DNA of 64,000 nucleotides from a virus: the IMG/VR virus record IMGVR_UViG_3300045988_166882. One strand, given 5' to 3'. The notes under the pieces are model-generated. The model had not been told where the DNA came from. It did no database searches and saw nothing but the letters and a program-made list of their open reading frames with translations. The translations under genes and the position numbers were made by a program. Positions within the stretch are counted from its first letter, which is position 1. Every line of letters starts with the position of its first letter. Below are positions 26,090-35,285 of the stretch, in pieces.

Positions 26090-27712
26090 ATGGCAACTAT
26101 TGACGTCGGAACTGTAGCAGGTATATCCATCGGAACGACACCTCCGTCGAATCCGGCGATTATCTGGTACGACACCACCGACAAACTCCACAAGAACTAC
26201 GACGCCTCACTCGGGCAGTGGATTCCGATGTCGCAGGCGATTGTGTCCGAAATAGGCGATTTTAACGACCTTATCAATAAAGCGAACCTTCCGGGCGGCT
26301 TACCTATCGCTGCGTTCTACAATGTCCTGAAACGCGACGCTGACGCCCAGTGGAACACCATGGTCTGGGTGGTGGGGCAAACGCGCATCCAGTACGTCGA
26401 TAAACTCAACAACATCATCGTTGAAGACTTGGCTGGTCAAGGTACTACGACGCAGTATGTGGCATCGACCAACTACTTCTTCGACAACATCGTCGCTACG
26501 TTCGACCAAAAGACCTCGAAACTCAACTACACGTTCCAGCAACTGACCGACAATCCGGCCCTTGCAGACGTGTTGTACGGCATGCGGGTCATCAACAACA
26601 TTCCTACGTTGGTGAAGCGGACGGTGAAGTCGCTGTTGTCTAATTCGAGTAAGAACTCGTTAGGGTTCGTCAATGGCTTGTACTTCGACTTCAGCGCAGC
26701 GATGAACGGCGTTATCGTCTCTGAACAGGCGGGCGATACCCAAGTCCCCGGCTACAAGCAATACAAGGCCGATTATGCAGCCATCGAAAAGGCTTTTGAG
26801 GACGTCAGCAAGATCATCAACGACTGGCAGAACGGGTCTCAACAGATGATCTTTGGCGCCAAGTTGATCGAGGTTAATCCCGTAACGGCTACGGTGGCCA
26901 CGCCTCAGGACCTGACTACGCAGGACGATTTGAAGACGGCCCTCAACAAGATACAAGGCTGGTACAACCGTCTGAAATTGGCTACCGGCATGACCCTTTC
27001 GTCGGATTATGTCAAGGCACCATCTAAGACCCGTTATCCGCAAGGAGGCGATACCGTCCAGCAGGCAATAGCTATCCTTCATAAATTCGTTGAGGATTTT
27101 GACGGTAAGGCTACAAATGTCGTCGTTGGTGGTAGCGAAGGCGACTTCCCTGCCAGCCCTAACCCTTCGTATCAGATCAAGCCAACCGACAGCCTGTATC
27201 AGGCCGTTGCTAAGATCGTCAACAACTTGGCGTCGCTGTTTGGCGGTGGAGTGAGTGATGCAGCCTATTTGGCTGATAATTTCGTACGTACCCAGAGTAT
27301 TCGCCCCAAAGCAGTCAACTCCCTGAAGATATCGGACGAACTCCACGACGCAATATTCTGTCACACGTACAATCCTGTTGATTGGAGCGGTGATGACACT
27401 ACCAACTTCATGCTGGAGCCGGGGTGTATGTTCGACGCTATCAATTCCCCGCTGACGCTCATCGACCCGGTTCTTTCTGAAGCGGACGTTTTCCCGCCTA
27501 AAATGTGGGATACCTACGTGCGCATGAAATCGAACCAGACTTTCAAGGCCCCGACGGGTTCGGCTCTGGGCATCACCGTCAGCGCCGTTTATACGAATCA
27601 GTTAGGATCGGGCGACCGTAAACTTGTCCACGTTAGGTTCATTCCCGCGGCTCGCACTCCAACGACTGGTTTCTTCTTTGTTACGACGTATTTGTTTTCA
27701 AGTCAAGCCTAA
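26090..27712 (+). CDS. putative virion fibre-like protein
   Basis: 540 aa. The N-terminus IIWYDTTDKLHKNYDASLGQWIPM resembles fibre N-termini. Weak call. Confidence 0.6.
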   Translation: MATIDVGTVAGISIGTTPPSNPAIIWYDTTDKLHKNYDASLGQWIPMSQAIVSEIGDFNDLINKANLPGGLPIAAFYNVLKRDADAQWNTMVWVVGQTRIQYVDKLNNIIVEDLAGQGTTTQYVASTNYFFDNIVATFDQKTSKLNYTFQQLTDNPALADVLYGMRVINNIPTLVKRTVKSLLSNSSKNSLGFVNGLYFDFSAAMNGVIVSEQAGDTQVPGYKQYKADYAAIEKAFEDVSKIINDWQNGSQQMIFGAKLIEVNPVTATVATPQDLTTQDDLKTALNKIQGWYNRLKLATGMTLSSDYVKAPSKTRYPQGGDTVQQAIAILHKFVEDFDGKATNVVVGGSEGDFPASPNPSYQIKPTDSLYQAVAKIVNNLASLFGGGVSDAAYLADNFVRTQSIRPKAVNSLKISDELHDAIFCHTYNPVDWSGDDTTNFMLEPGCMFDAINSPLTLIDPVLSEADVFPPKMWDTYVRMKSNQTFKAPTGSALGITVSAVYTNQLGSGDRKLVHVRFIPAARTPTTGFFFVTTYLFSSQA

Positions 27713-27723
27713 AATGGTATCGT

Positions 27724-28293
27724 ATGTGCAAGGTGGTCTATTTAACATCCAAGCGTTTTAACGCCGAGGCCCGACGCTTCATCCAAGCGCTGGCTGCTGA
27801 GTTGCGTCGGCGGCGTATTGAAGTGGTCGTCGGCAACGCTTACGATGTTTGGAATTATTTCCGGCCACATCGCACCTACGGTATAGCCATGGCGGTGGAC
27901 TTCTTCGCCGACCAGAAGGACGGGTGCAGTCTGACGCTGAACCGGGTTTGCCCGGCTTTAACGCGGGACTTTGCCTACAACCTTTCGAACCACTACGATA
28001 TTTTGACGCCTCAAATTCGTTGGCGGTCGTTTCTGTTCGTTGATTCGTATGACCGTCAGTGGTATCGTTTCTTCAATCGCGTTAGTGCGGAGGTGAAACT
28101 CATAATCTACCCCGCTACGCTTACCAGCGAGGGGGACATGGACGCCTACCTCAGTGCGCGTGACGGGATTATACGGGTATTTGCTGACGAAATTGTGAGG
28201 TGTCTTCGCTCTAATTACGATTACAACGCATATGCTCGCGCCGCCAAGGCCGCTCGTATACGTATTAACGAAAGAATGAAACACAATGGCTGA
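27724..28293 (+). CDS. hypothetical protein
   Basis: 189-aa ORF with only a faint Amidase_3-like pattern and no catalytic residues. Confidence 0.6.
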   Translation: MCKVVYLTSKRFNAEARRFIQALAAELRRRRIEVVVGNAYDVWNYFRPHRTYGIAMAVDFFADQKDGCSLTLNRVCPALTRDFAYNLSNHYDILTPQIRWRSFLFVDSYDRQWYRFFNRVSAEVKLIIYPATLTSEGDMDAYLSARDGIIRVFADEIVRCLRSNYDYNAYARAAKAARIRINERMKHNG

Positions 28294-28786
28294 CGGACTT
28301 TTCATGACCACCATCTTCCCTGTAATTTCGCTTCTGTTCGGGGCGGGCGGTATTGGCTACGCCATTGTGGCGCGTATGCTGGATCGTAAGAAATACGATC
28401 AGGAAGTACGTTGTAGCCAAGCCGACGCTGACCTCAAAGGCGAAGAGTTCTGGAAAGGCCGTTATGATACGCTGATGGCCGAGTTGGACAAAAAGGAGTC
28501 GTGGTGGAAGGAACGCTACAACAACCTCTATCAAGAGGTTCAGAACGAACGTAAGTTATCCAACGAAATGATGACGAACTTTCGTAACGAACTCAACAAA
28601 ATACGTGACGAGTATGAGGCCCAGCGTCAGGCCGACCGCGATAAGTACAACCGCCTGATGGAAGAATTCCGCACTCAGGAGCGTGAAGCCAACAAGGCGG
28701 CGGAAGACTACAAGCGACGCATCAACGAACTCGAAGCCTCCATAACGGCCTACGAGGAGATGATCAAAAGCGGAAAACGGCCATGA
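28286..28786 (+). CDS. membrane-anchored coiled-coil protein (spanin- or holin-like by architecture)
   Basis: N-terminal TM helix followed by charged heptad-like sequence. Confidence 0.6.
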   Translation: MADGLFMTTIFPVISLLFGAGGIGYAIVARMLDRKKYDQEVRCSQADADLKGEEFWKGRYDTLMAELDKKESWWKERYNNLYQEVQNERKLSNEMMTNFRNELNKIRDEYEAQRQADRDKYNRLMEEFRTQEREANKAAEDYKRRINELEASITAYEEMIKSGKRP

Positions 28787-29340
28787 AAACAGCAGTGCAA
28801 ATAATTCTCGTTTTGGTGGCCCTAATTCTCGCGTTTTTATTCGGGCGAAGTACTTATACCCCTGAACCCCCTAAAGTCGTTGAAAGGTGGCGTACAAAGC
28901 ACGACACGGTCGAATACCGCGATACAGTAAAGGTTCCGGTCCCGAAAATCATCATCCGCGACACCACCATCTACCTACCGGGTGAAATCGACACCGCCGC
29001 GCTACTGGCCGACTATCTGGCACGCAAGGAGTATCACCTCGACTTCTCCAACGACAGTATCGGCGAGTTCCGTGTCGACGCCACTGTCCAGTGTAACGCC
29101 ATTACGGAGGCCGTGTCTCACGTCAAGCCGCTGATCCGCATCCACGAGATAGAACACACCATTATCGACAAGCGAATACCCTTCATCCAAGGCTACGCCC
29201 AGATAGGAACGTCCGTGGACTTTGGTACACAAAAGTTCTCCGCCGGAGCCGACTTTCGTCAACGCTTCATGGTTGGCGCTTCAGCTATAAGGGTTGAAGA
29301 CCAGTGGGGGTATACGTTAGATTTTGGCATAAAATTTTGA
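28783..29340 (+). CDS. membrane-anchored hypothetical protein
   Basis: N-terminal TM helix (IILVLVALILAFLF); ATGA overlap. Confidence 0.6.
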   Translation: MKTAVQIILVLVALILAFLFGRSTYTPEPPKVVERWRTKHDTVEYRDTVKVPVPKIIIRDTTIYLPGEIDTAALLADYLARKEYHLDFSNDSIGEFRVDATVQCNAITEAVSHVKPLIRIHEIEHTIIDKRIPFIQGYAQIGTSVDFGTQKFSAGADFRQRFMVGASAIRVEDQWGYTLDFGIKF

Positions 29341-29342
29341 CG

Positions 29343-29394
29343 ATTCTCTTGGCAGTTTGGAGAAAATTCAGTACTTTTGTAGTGGAAATGAAAC
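29343..29394 (+). promoter_or_regulatory. promoter plus conserved leader, copy D of 4
   Basis: ATTCTCTTGGCAGTTTGGAGAAAATTCAGTACTTTTG (box at 29372-29379, exact TAnnTTTG) followed by TAGTGGAAATGAAAC. Confidence 0.55.
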
Positions 29395-29412
29395 TTATAA
29401 ACCTATAACACC

Positions 29413-31488
29413 ATGAAAGAAGTTATCAACTACGGCGAAGCACGTCGCCAGCAAATTCTTAAAGGGTTCACCAACGTCGAGGAGGTCGCGGACGAGCCGA
29501 TCGAAAAAGCGCGTCACGGTGTCTACGCCGACAACGCTCAAAACCGTCGTCTGCAGCGCGTGGGACAGGAGTACGGTCAAGCCGCCAAGGAAGACCCCGA
29601 AGGTGAAGGCCAGGAGGGCGGTATGCCTGAGGGCAACGTCAGCCTCCAGAACCACGCTCGTCAGGCTTCAGAAGAGGCGCTGACGAAGGTCGCCAACGAC
29701 CCGCAGGCTGACCCCGAAATGCGCAAGGTGGCTACCGCTGAATTGGAACGCCGCGGTGTAAGCGTTCGCGCCAAGAACAAGAACGGCGACACTTCGCTGC
29801 GTAACGGGTTGGCTGACGGTGACGCCAAATCGGCTTCGACGTTCGAGGGCATGGGCTTCCGCCAGATGGACGATCAGGACCTCCAACAGTACGCCGGAGT
29901 TGAGGACGCTTCGCACGCCTTCATCAAGCAGATCGGCAGTGACGAAGACGGCTTCGACCTTGTGGTCACCAAGACCAGCGAGGGCTACCGCGTGGACAAA
30001 TACCCTTACGCCGACGTGGACAATTTCGAGTCGGTGACGGTGAAGGAGATTGGCGACGTTGAGGGAGCCGCGTCTAAGTTTGGTGATCCCGATGCCAAGG
30101 GTAAGGGCGGCAAAGCCGACGCCGCATCGCTCGTTGACAGTTTCAACGCTATGGCTGAGGGCGATGCAGACTTCGACGCCAAGTCGTTCAAATCGTTCGT
30201 GAAGGAAAAAGGCGGTAAGGCCGTGAAGGAAATCGCCGACGCCATTCGTAAGATGCCCAGCGAGGCCGGGCAAAGCGATCTGGCTGACGACGAGATCGCC
30301 GACATGATCGAGAATATGTTCGAGGAAGCCGGAACGCGCGTTCCGCGTGAGGCCAAGAAGGAACTCGACAACCTTCGCGGGTCGGGTGAAAGCGTTCTGG
30401 CCAAGTGGGACGCCTACACTTCGGAGTCGGGTGAAGACGATGACTTCAGCGCAGCGCTCGAAAGCCTCATCGACAACAAGGGCGAGGCTAAGGCCATCAA
30501 GGAACTCGCTGCCGCTATCAAAACCTCCGGTCAAGGTGAGGCCGCTCAGAGCGATATCCTCGACGACGAAATCGCTGACGAAATCGCCAATATCTTCGAA
30601 GAGGCCGGAATCGACCTGTCGAAGAAAGGTCAAGCCGCGCTCGACAAGATGCGTGCTGACTCGGACGGCGACGGTAACGTGAGCAGCGCCGAAGGTCTGG
30701 TCCAGAGTTTCGACGACATGGCCGAAAACGACACCGACTTCGACACCGCAGGCTTCAAGTCCTTCGTGAAGCAGAAGGGTGACGCCGCGGCTATCAAGGA
30801 ACTGGCCGCAGCCATGAAAGCAAACCCGGCTGATACCGGCGGTGCTCAGTCCGACGCTACGGACGACGAAATTGCCGACACCATCGCCAATATGTTTGAG
30901 ATGGCTGGTGTGAAGGTATCGAAGGACGGCCAGAAGGAACTCGACGCGCTGATCGGCGGCGAGGAGGAAAGCGCCACCAAGCAGGGCGAAAAGGCCGACG
31001 CCGCAGCCAAGGCTGAAGTGAAGAGCGCTGAAAAGGGTGCTAAAGCCAAGGCCGACAAAGCCGCGAAGTCTTCGCCTGAGAAGGACAACGCCGCCGCCGA
31101 CAAATTCATCAAGAAAAGCGAAAACGGAGCCAACCCCTCTGAGTACGCCAAGATGATCTCCAAGAACCCCGAAGGTATCGCCCGCGTGCTGAAGGAAAGG
31201 ATCGCTTCCGGCGACAAGGCCGCTAAACGCGCTGCTCTGAGTCTCACTTCGCTCATCGACCCGGAGTCCCGTGAGAAGGGTGTCGGCCAAGAACTCCTCA
31301 GCCACCCCGAACTCAAGAAGATTGCCGACGAACGTGCCGCAGCGCACAAACTGCTGACGGGCGTGTCTTACGACGATATGGACACGTACAAGAAGAAGTC
31401 AGACGAGCAAATTGAGATATTCAAACGTACCAACAAGGAGTTCGTCGACAAGTTCCTGGAGATTTACGGCGGTAACACCGAAGAGTAA
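29413..31488 (+). CDS. acidic repeat-containing protein (691 aa), possible internal virion or scaffold-like protein
   Basis: Long Asp/Glu/Ala/Lys-rich ORF with three ~93-aa tandem repeats. The minus-strand 559-aa ORF is a shadow. Confidence 0.75.
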   Translation: MKEVINYGEARRQQILKGFTNVEEVADEPIEKARHGVYADNAQNRRLQRVGQEYGQAAKEDPEGEGQEGGMPEGNVSLQNHARQASEEALTKVANDPQADPEMRKVATAELERRGVSVRAKNKNGDTSLRNGLADGDAKSASTFEGMGFRQMDDQDLQQYAGVEDASHAFIKQIGSDEDGFDLVVTKTSEGYRVDKYPYADVDNFESVTVKEIGDVEGAASKFGDPDAKGKGGKADAASLVDSFNAMAEGDADFDAKSFKSFVKEKGGKAVKEIADAIRKMPSEAGQSDLADDEIADMIENMFEEAGTRVPREAKKELDNLRGSGESVLAKWDAYTSESGEDDDFSAALESLIDNKGEAKAIKELAAAIKTSGQGEAAQSDILDDEIADEIANIFEEAGIDLSKKGQAALDKMRADSDGDGNVSSAEGLVQSFDDMAENDTDFDTAGFKSFVKQKGDAAAIKELAAAMKANPADTGGAQSDATDDEIADTIANMFEMAGVKVSKDGQKELDALIGGEEESATKQGEKADAAAKAEVKSAEKGAKAKADKAAKSSPEKDNAAADKFIKKSENGANPSEYAKMISKNPEGIARVLKERIASGDKAAKRAALSLTSLIDPESREKGVGQELLSHPELKKIADERAAAHKLLTGVSYDDMDTYKKKSDEQIEIFKRTNKEFVDKFLEIYGGNTEE
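30121..30960 (+). repeat. three tandem coding repeats of about 279 nt
   Basis: Units share D-x-DFD..FKSFVK.KG.A.AIKE[IL]A.A[IM]K....G.AQSD..DDEIAD.I.N[IM]FE.AG...S/P...K.LD. Confidence 0.7.
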
Positions 31489-31679
31489 TGCCCTACAACG
31501 CCAAACATACCCACTTTCTGCCGTCGCCGTTCCCCACCGTTACTCAGTACGAAGATCGGTTCATCCGGGAATGGAACGCCAATAATGCCGCAGCGTTAGG
31601 TGATGTACTGAAATACATCGCCGACGCTACGGCTACGGCGGTAAAAGAATTAAAAGAAGATGGCAAAAAGCAAGACTAA
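31488..31679 (+). CDS. hypothetical protein
   Basis: 63-aa ORF with a TAATG overlap. Confidence 0.55.
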   Translation: MPYNAKHTHFLPSPFPTVTQYEDRFIREWNANNAAALGDVLKYIADATATAVKELKEDGKKQD

Positions 31680-31908
31680 AACATTTGTATGGTGCGTTTT
31701 CTCTGAACAGTATGCGGAGTACAAAGACGGCTTTGGCACTCACGTCAACAAGGATGTAAAGGTACGTCGTCTGTTGGAGATTTTCTCTAACGAAGATGCT
31801 GCTCATGAATACATTGCTGCTCAACCGTATCGTTTCTTTAATTATCGCCTTCCGAATCCGGAAAGCGCCATTATTGAAAAGCGCGAAGTCCTCACAAGCT
31901 ACGATTAA
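31660..31908 (+). CDS. hypothetical protein
   Basis: 82-aa ORF. Confidence 0.55.
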   Translation: MAKSKTKTFVWCVFSEQYAEYKDGFGTHVNKDVKVRRLLEIFSNEDAAHEYIAAQPYRFFNYRLPNPESAIIEKREVLTSYD

Positions 31909-31917
31909 CAACGCGAA

Positions 31918-32196
31918 ATGGAACATTGTTTAACATCCACCGGAACCCCTACGCGGGCCGAAAAAGTGTTGGAGAATACGTTCAATGAAAGCGAGCCTAT
32001 TGAGTACTTCTGCGAACTGAAATCCGGCGACTGGGTTATAATCCAGCTGGGGAGCCTCAAACTGGGGTATCATTACCGGAGCGGAGTTGTCAGCGAACGG
32101 AAAGACGGTAGTATTGAAGTGAGGTCAGGAGGGCATCGTATTTTATTCAAACCGGGTAGCGAACACAGAATACGAAGATGCAAGTTGATGAAGTAA
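31918..32196 (+). CDS. hypothetical protein
   Basis: 92-aa ORF. Confidence 0.55.
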   Translation: MEHCLTSTGTPTRAEKVLENTFNESEPIEYFCELKSGDWVIIQLGSLKLGYHYRSGVVSERKDGSIEVRSGGHRILFKPGSEHRIRRCKLMK

Positions 32197-32726
32197 CAAA
32201 GGCTTTTCACGAGGCCAGCCGATATCGCGCCGATCACTTACGTAAGGCCCTTGGTGGTTTTACGGAGAACGGCCTGATCGAAAAGGGCCGTTCAAAGAGC
32301 GGTCGCTACGCCAACACGGCTGAGAATCGAAGAAAGGGACGTGTTGGCATGCCTTATGAAAAGAAAGGCCGTGGACCAGCGCCACACCAGCGTCGAGATT
32401 CTGAACATCGCCGAAACGGTACGTATATTCGTACGCTTACTGCAGGTGACGGGAACGAGGCTCTCGAAATAGGCGAAGACGGCGTTGCTCGTAATGATTT
32501 TTACGACAACCAAGAAGTCGGCAAATACACCAAGAAATACGAAAAAGTCAACAACGGAGACAAGGTTCGTTATGGTAGTAGAATCTATACCGTTTACGCC
32601 ACAAAGAACTTAACCGAAGGCGGGGTAACAACGCAATTCGTTCAATTCACTGGTAAGCCTTCTTACAGTGGTGCTCCGCGTGGAACGGGCAAGTGGGTTC
32701 CCCGAAAAGACGTCGAGAAACTATGA
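32178..32726 (+). CDS. hypothetical basic protein carrying the Y-A-[DN]-x-A-x-N-R-R-x-x-R-V-G motif
   Basis: 182-aa ORF. GRYANTAENRRKGRVGMPY at 32301-32357 parallels HGVYADNAQNRRLQRVGQEY in the gene at 29413. Confidence 0.6.
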   Translation: MQVDEVTKAFHEASRYRADHLRKALGGFTENGLIEKGRSKSGRYANTAENRRKGRVGMPYEKKGRGPAPHQRRDSEHRRNGTYIRTLTAGDGNEALEIGEDGVARNDFYDNQEVGKYTKKYEKVNNGDKVRYGSRIYTVYATKNLTEGGVTTQFVQFTGKPSYSGAPRGTGKWVPRKDVEKL

Positions 32727-33655
32727 TTTTCAACAATCGCCAAATAGACGACATGGTCGGCATTCTCCGGCGTTGGCAGTACCTGTTTATTGCCAAGCAC
32801 GTCGGATTAGACTTTCTGACCCAGTCGGAGATCGACATCTTGGTGGCGTCAGGGGTCAACGTCGATAAGTACAAGAACACGAAAGGTATCATCGAACACG
32901 CTTTTCTGTTCGGTATCTTGGCTGAGGCACTCGGCGATCAACGCGCCAAGAAGATGAATTACAAGCAGTTTCTCCAGTACCTCAAATCAGGAAACTTCGT
33001 TCCGCTCACCGAGCAGGAGGAGAACGCGCTGAATTATCTCAAGAACCGCGCCTACACCGACATCACGTCGCTCGGAAACCGTATCGTTACCGGTACGCGC
33101 AACGCCATCCTCAAATCTAACTTTCGTCAGCAAGCCGCCATACGCCAGCAGATCAAAGATAAGGCCATGCAAGCCGTCCAACTGCGTAAGGGGGCGCGGT
33201 ATATAGCCAGCGAATTGGGGAACCTTACCCAAGACTGGGGACGCGATTGGCTGCGTATTGCGTACTACCTTCTGCACGAAGCCTACAACGTGGGCCGCTC
33301 GGAAAGTATCTACAAGCAGTATGGCCCCGACGCTATGGTGTATTTCGACGTATACCCCGGCGCGTGTGCCAAATGCCGCGAGTTGTACTTGGAGGACCCC
33401 GAAGACCCTAATTCGAAGCCAAAACTGTTCCGCCTCGGAGACCTTATCGCCAACGGTAACAATATCGGCCGTAAGGTGGCTGAGTGGCTTCCTACGATCG
33501 ACCCGACGCACCCCTACTGCCGCTGTACTATCAACCACGTACCGCCGGGGTACGAGTGGGACCCTGAAACACGCGCTTTCACCAAGCCTGTCAAGCGTCA
33601 GTTCAAGAACCCAAAGTTAAGGAACGTGAAACTCAACATTAAAGTAACAAAATAA
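32723..33655 (+). CDS. MuF-like minor head (head morphogenesis) protein
   Basis: CAKCRELY...IDPTHPYCRCT matches the SPP1 gp7/Mu F signature (HPxCRC). The ATG at 32723 overlaps the upstream stop. Confidence 0.65.
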   Translation: MIFNNRQIDDMVGILRRWQYLFIAKHVGLDFLTQSEIDILVASGVNVDKYKNTKGIIEHAFLFGILAEALGDQRAKKMNYKQFLQYLKSGNFVPLTEQEENALNYLKNRAYTDITSLGNRIVTGTRNAILKSNFRQQAAIRQQIKDKAMQAVQLRKGARYIASELGNLTQDWGRDWLRIAYYLLHEAYNVGRSESIYKQYGPDAMVYFDVYPGACAKCRELYLEDPEDPNSKPKLFRLGDLIANGNNIGRKVAEWLPTIDPTHPYCRCTINHVPPGYEWDPETRAFTKPVKRQFKNPKLRNVKLNIKVTK

Positions 33656-34614
33656 TGAAAAACAAAATCGTACAAGACCCCCCGTTCACCATGCAGATCG
33701 AGCCGACCGAGGGTTGTAACTTGGGGTGTTCGTTCTGCGGCCTTCACGGCATGCGTGAAAAGGGTACCAAACCGTGGAATTTCATGACCGTCGAAACCGC
33801 CGAGCGTATCGCTTCTGAGGTAGCGCGTGTGGGCTGGAATTGCAAGTTCGTGTTCGCTATGCACGGCGAACCCACGCTCAACCCGGCGTTCATCGACATC
33901 GTGGCCACGTTCCGCAAGCACTTGCCGAAGGCCGTGTTCCATATGTACAGCAACGGCTACGCCATGAACCACGCCGACGACACCGAGGCTTACCTCGACC
34001 GCCTGTTCGGCGCTGGCATGAACGACATCTTGGTGGACTGCTACACCGCCAACGGCGACTGGAATTTCGTCGAGAAGATCGATGTCGATAAGTACAACGT
34101 CGTCACGCTGGAACCGGGCGTTCCGTACTACTACCCCAAGCAGGGCCGTCGTATCTGCTTGCTGCCGCCCATCGCCCAGGACGATACCAACAAGATGACG
34201 CGGCGTCTGGCCAACCACTGCGGCGCGGCGTTCCCGCTCGACGATTCGTTCAACAACAAGCGTTGTACTTTCCCGTTCCGGGAACTGGACGTGCGCTGGA
34301 ACGGTCAGGTCTGCTTGTGTTGTGACGACTTCCGCGGTGAGTACCCCATCGCCAACATCCACGACATGCCCATCGAAGACCTTTGGAACCACCCGCGCTT
34401 CCACGCCGCTCGCGTGATGCTGTACAATAACGACCGCCGCTTCCGCCCGTGTCAGGGGTGTACGCACGTCAGCGTTCGCGTTGGCTTCCTGCCTGACAAG
34501 AAGGGTAAGCAGACGCTGCCGGCTATCACGCCCGAAATCCGCCGTATGGCTGAAGAGGTATCGAAGGACGGCCCCTGCGCCGAGAAGATTTACCGACGGC
34601 CATGGGAAAAATAA
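33655..34614 (+). CDS. radical SAM enzyme with SPASM/twitch-like C-terminal Cys cluster
   Basis: CNLGCSFC (CX3CX2C), HGEPTLNP, and C-terminal CTFPF..GQVCLCCDDF..PCQGC. Confidence 0.8.
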   Translation: MKNKIVQDPPFTMQIEPTEGCNLGCSFCGLHGMREKGTKPWNFMTVETAERIASEVARVGWNCKFVFAMHGEPTLNPAFIDIVATFRKHLPKAVFHMYSNGYAMNHADDTEAYLDRLFGAGMNDILVDCYTANGDWNFVEKIDVDKYNVVTLEPGVPYYYPKQGRRICLLPPIAQDDTNKMTRRLANHCGAAFPLDDSFNNKRCTFPFRELDVRWNGQVCLCCDDFRGEYPIANIHDMPIEDLWNHPRFHAARVMLYNNDRRFRPCQGCTHVSVRVGFLPDKKGKQTLPAITPEIRRMAEEVSKDGPCAEKIYRRPWEK

Positions 34615-35282
34615 AGTACCTTTGTGTCGAGTCTCAAGCGGGTGATCTCCTGATGAGTGCTTGTCACGTTTTAGTAGCACCTGAATATGACGTTCGGGTG
34701 CTTACTGTAGATAACGCCCCAAAGCCTTTGGCTGAGCAGCAGCGGTTGTACGATTTTCTGGGTATCGGGATGGACCGCTTGGACTTAGAGTTAGAAGATG
34801 TCCGTTGTGGCGATTTTAAGGCCCATTCTGCGGACTGCAACTACGAAGGCGTCTATACGTACCTTCGCGCGAAATACGGGAACGACGGACTTAATTTCGC
34901 CGAACAAACGCTTCGCGATTACCTGCGTAAGTTTATGCGCCGCAACCCCGGTTACGTGATACTGGCGCCGCTGGGGTCGGGACACCCCTTCAACCAGTTC
35001 GTTCACGATGTGGTGTTTGATACGGCGTCGGCGGCAGAATACTATCGCGACTTTCCATATTCGTACGTACCACGGGGTCGTGAACAGGTCAGGGTCCAGT
35101 GCTACGGCGGCGAAACTTTACTGATGAAACGCCGAGTTCCGTGCGACGATATGTTCGACGTGAAGTGGGAACTGGCTATGCGCTTCTACCCGTCGTTATC
35201 GCCGACGATACGCAAGTATCAGCGTTTTATAGAACAAAACCCGCCCGAAGAAATCTGGTACGAGGGCGATTTACCATTTTAA
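34602..35282 (+). CDS. hypothetical protein, possibly PIG-L/LmbE-fold (deacetylase-like) with a degenerate metal site
   Basis: Three blocks are collinear with PIG-L: LCVESQAGDLL..VRVLTV, QQRLYDFLGIG, and PGYVILAPLGSGHPFNQFVHDV. The HPDDE motif is not conserved. Confidence 0.55.
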   Translation: MGKIKYLCVESQAGDLLMSACHVLVAPEYDVRVLTVDNAPKPLAEQQRLYDFLGIGMDRLDLELEDVRCGDFKAHSADCNYEGVYTYLRAKYGNDGLNFAEQTLRDYLRKFMRRNPGYVILAPLGSGHPFNQFVHDVVFDTASAAEYYRDFPYSYVPRGREQVRVQCYGGETLLMKRRVPCDDMFDVKWELAMRFYPSLSPTIRKYQRFIEQNPPEEIWYEGDLPF

Positions 35283-35285
35283 GCT

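Noticed and set aside
27724-28293. N-acetylmuramoyl-L-alanine amidase (Amidase_3) endolysin.
   Set aside because: Only a loose block similarity (AMAVDFFAD...LTRDFAYNLSNH). The expected Zn-binding His/Glu residues are not present.
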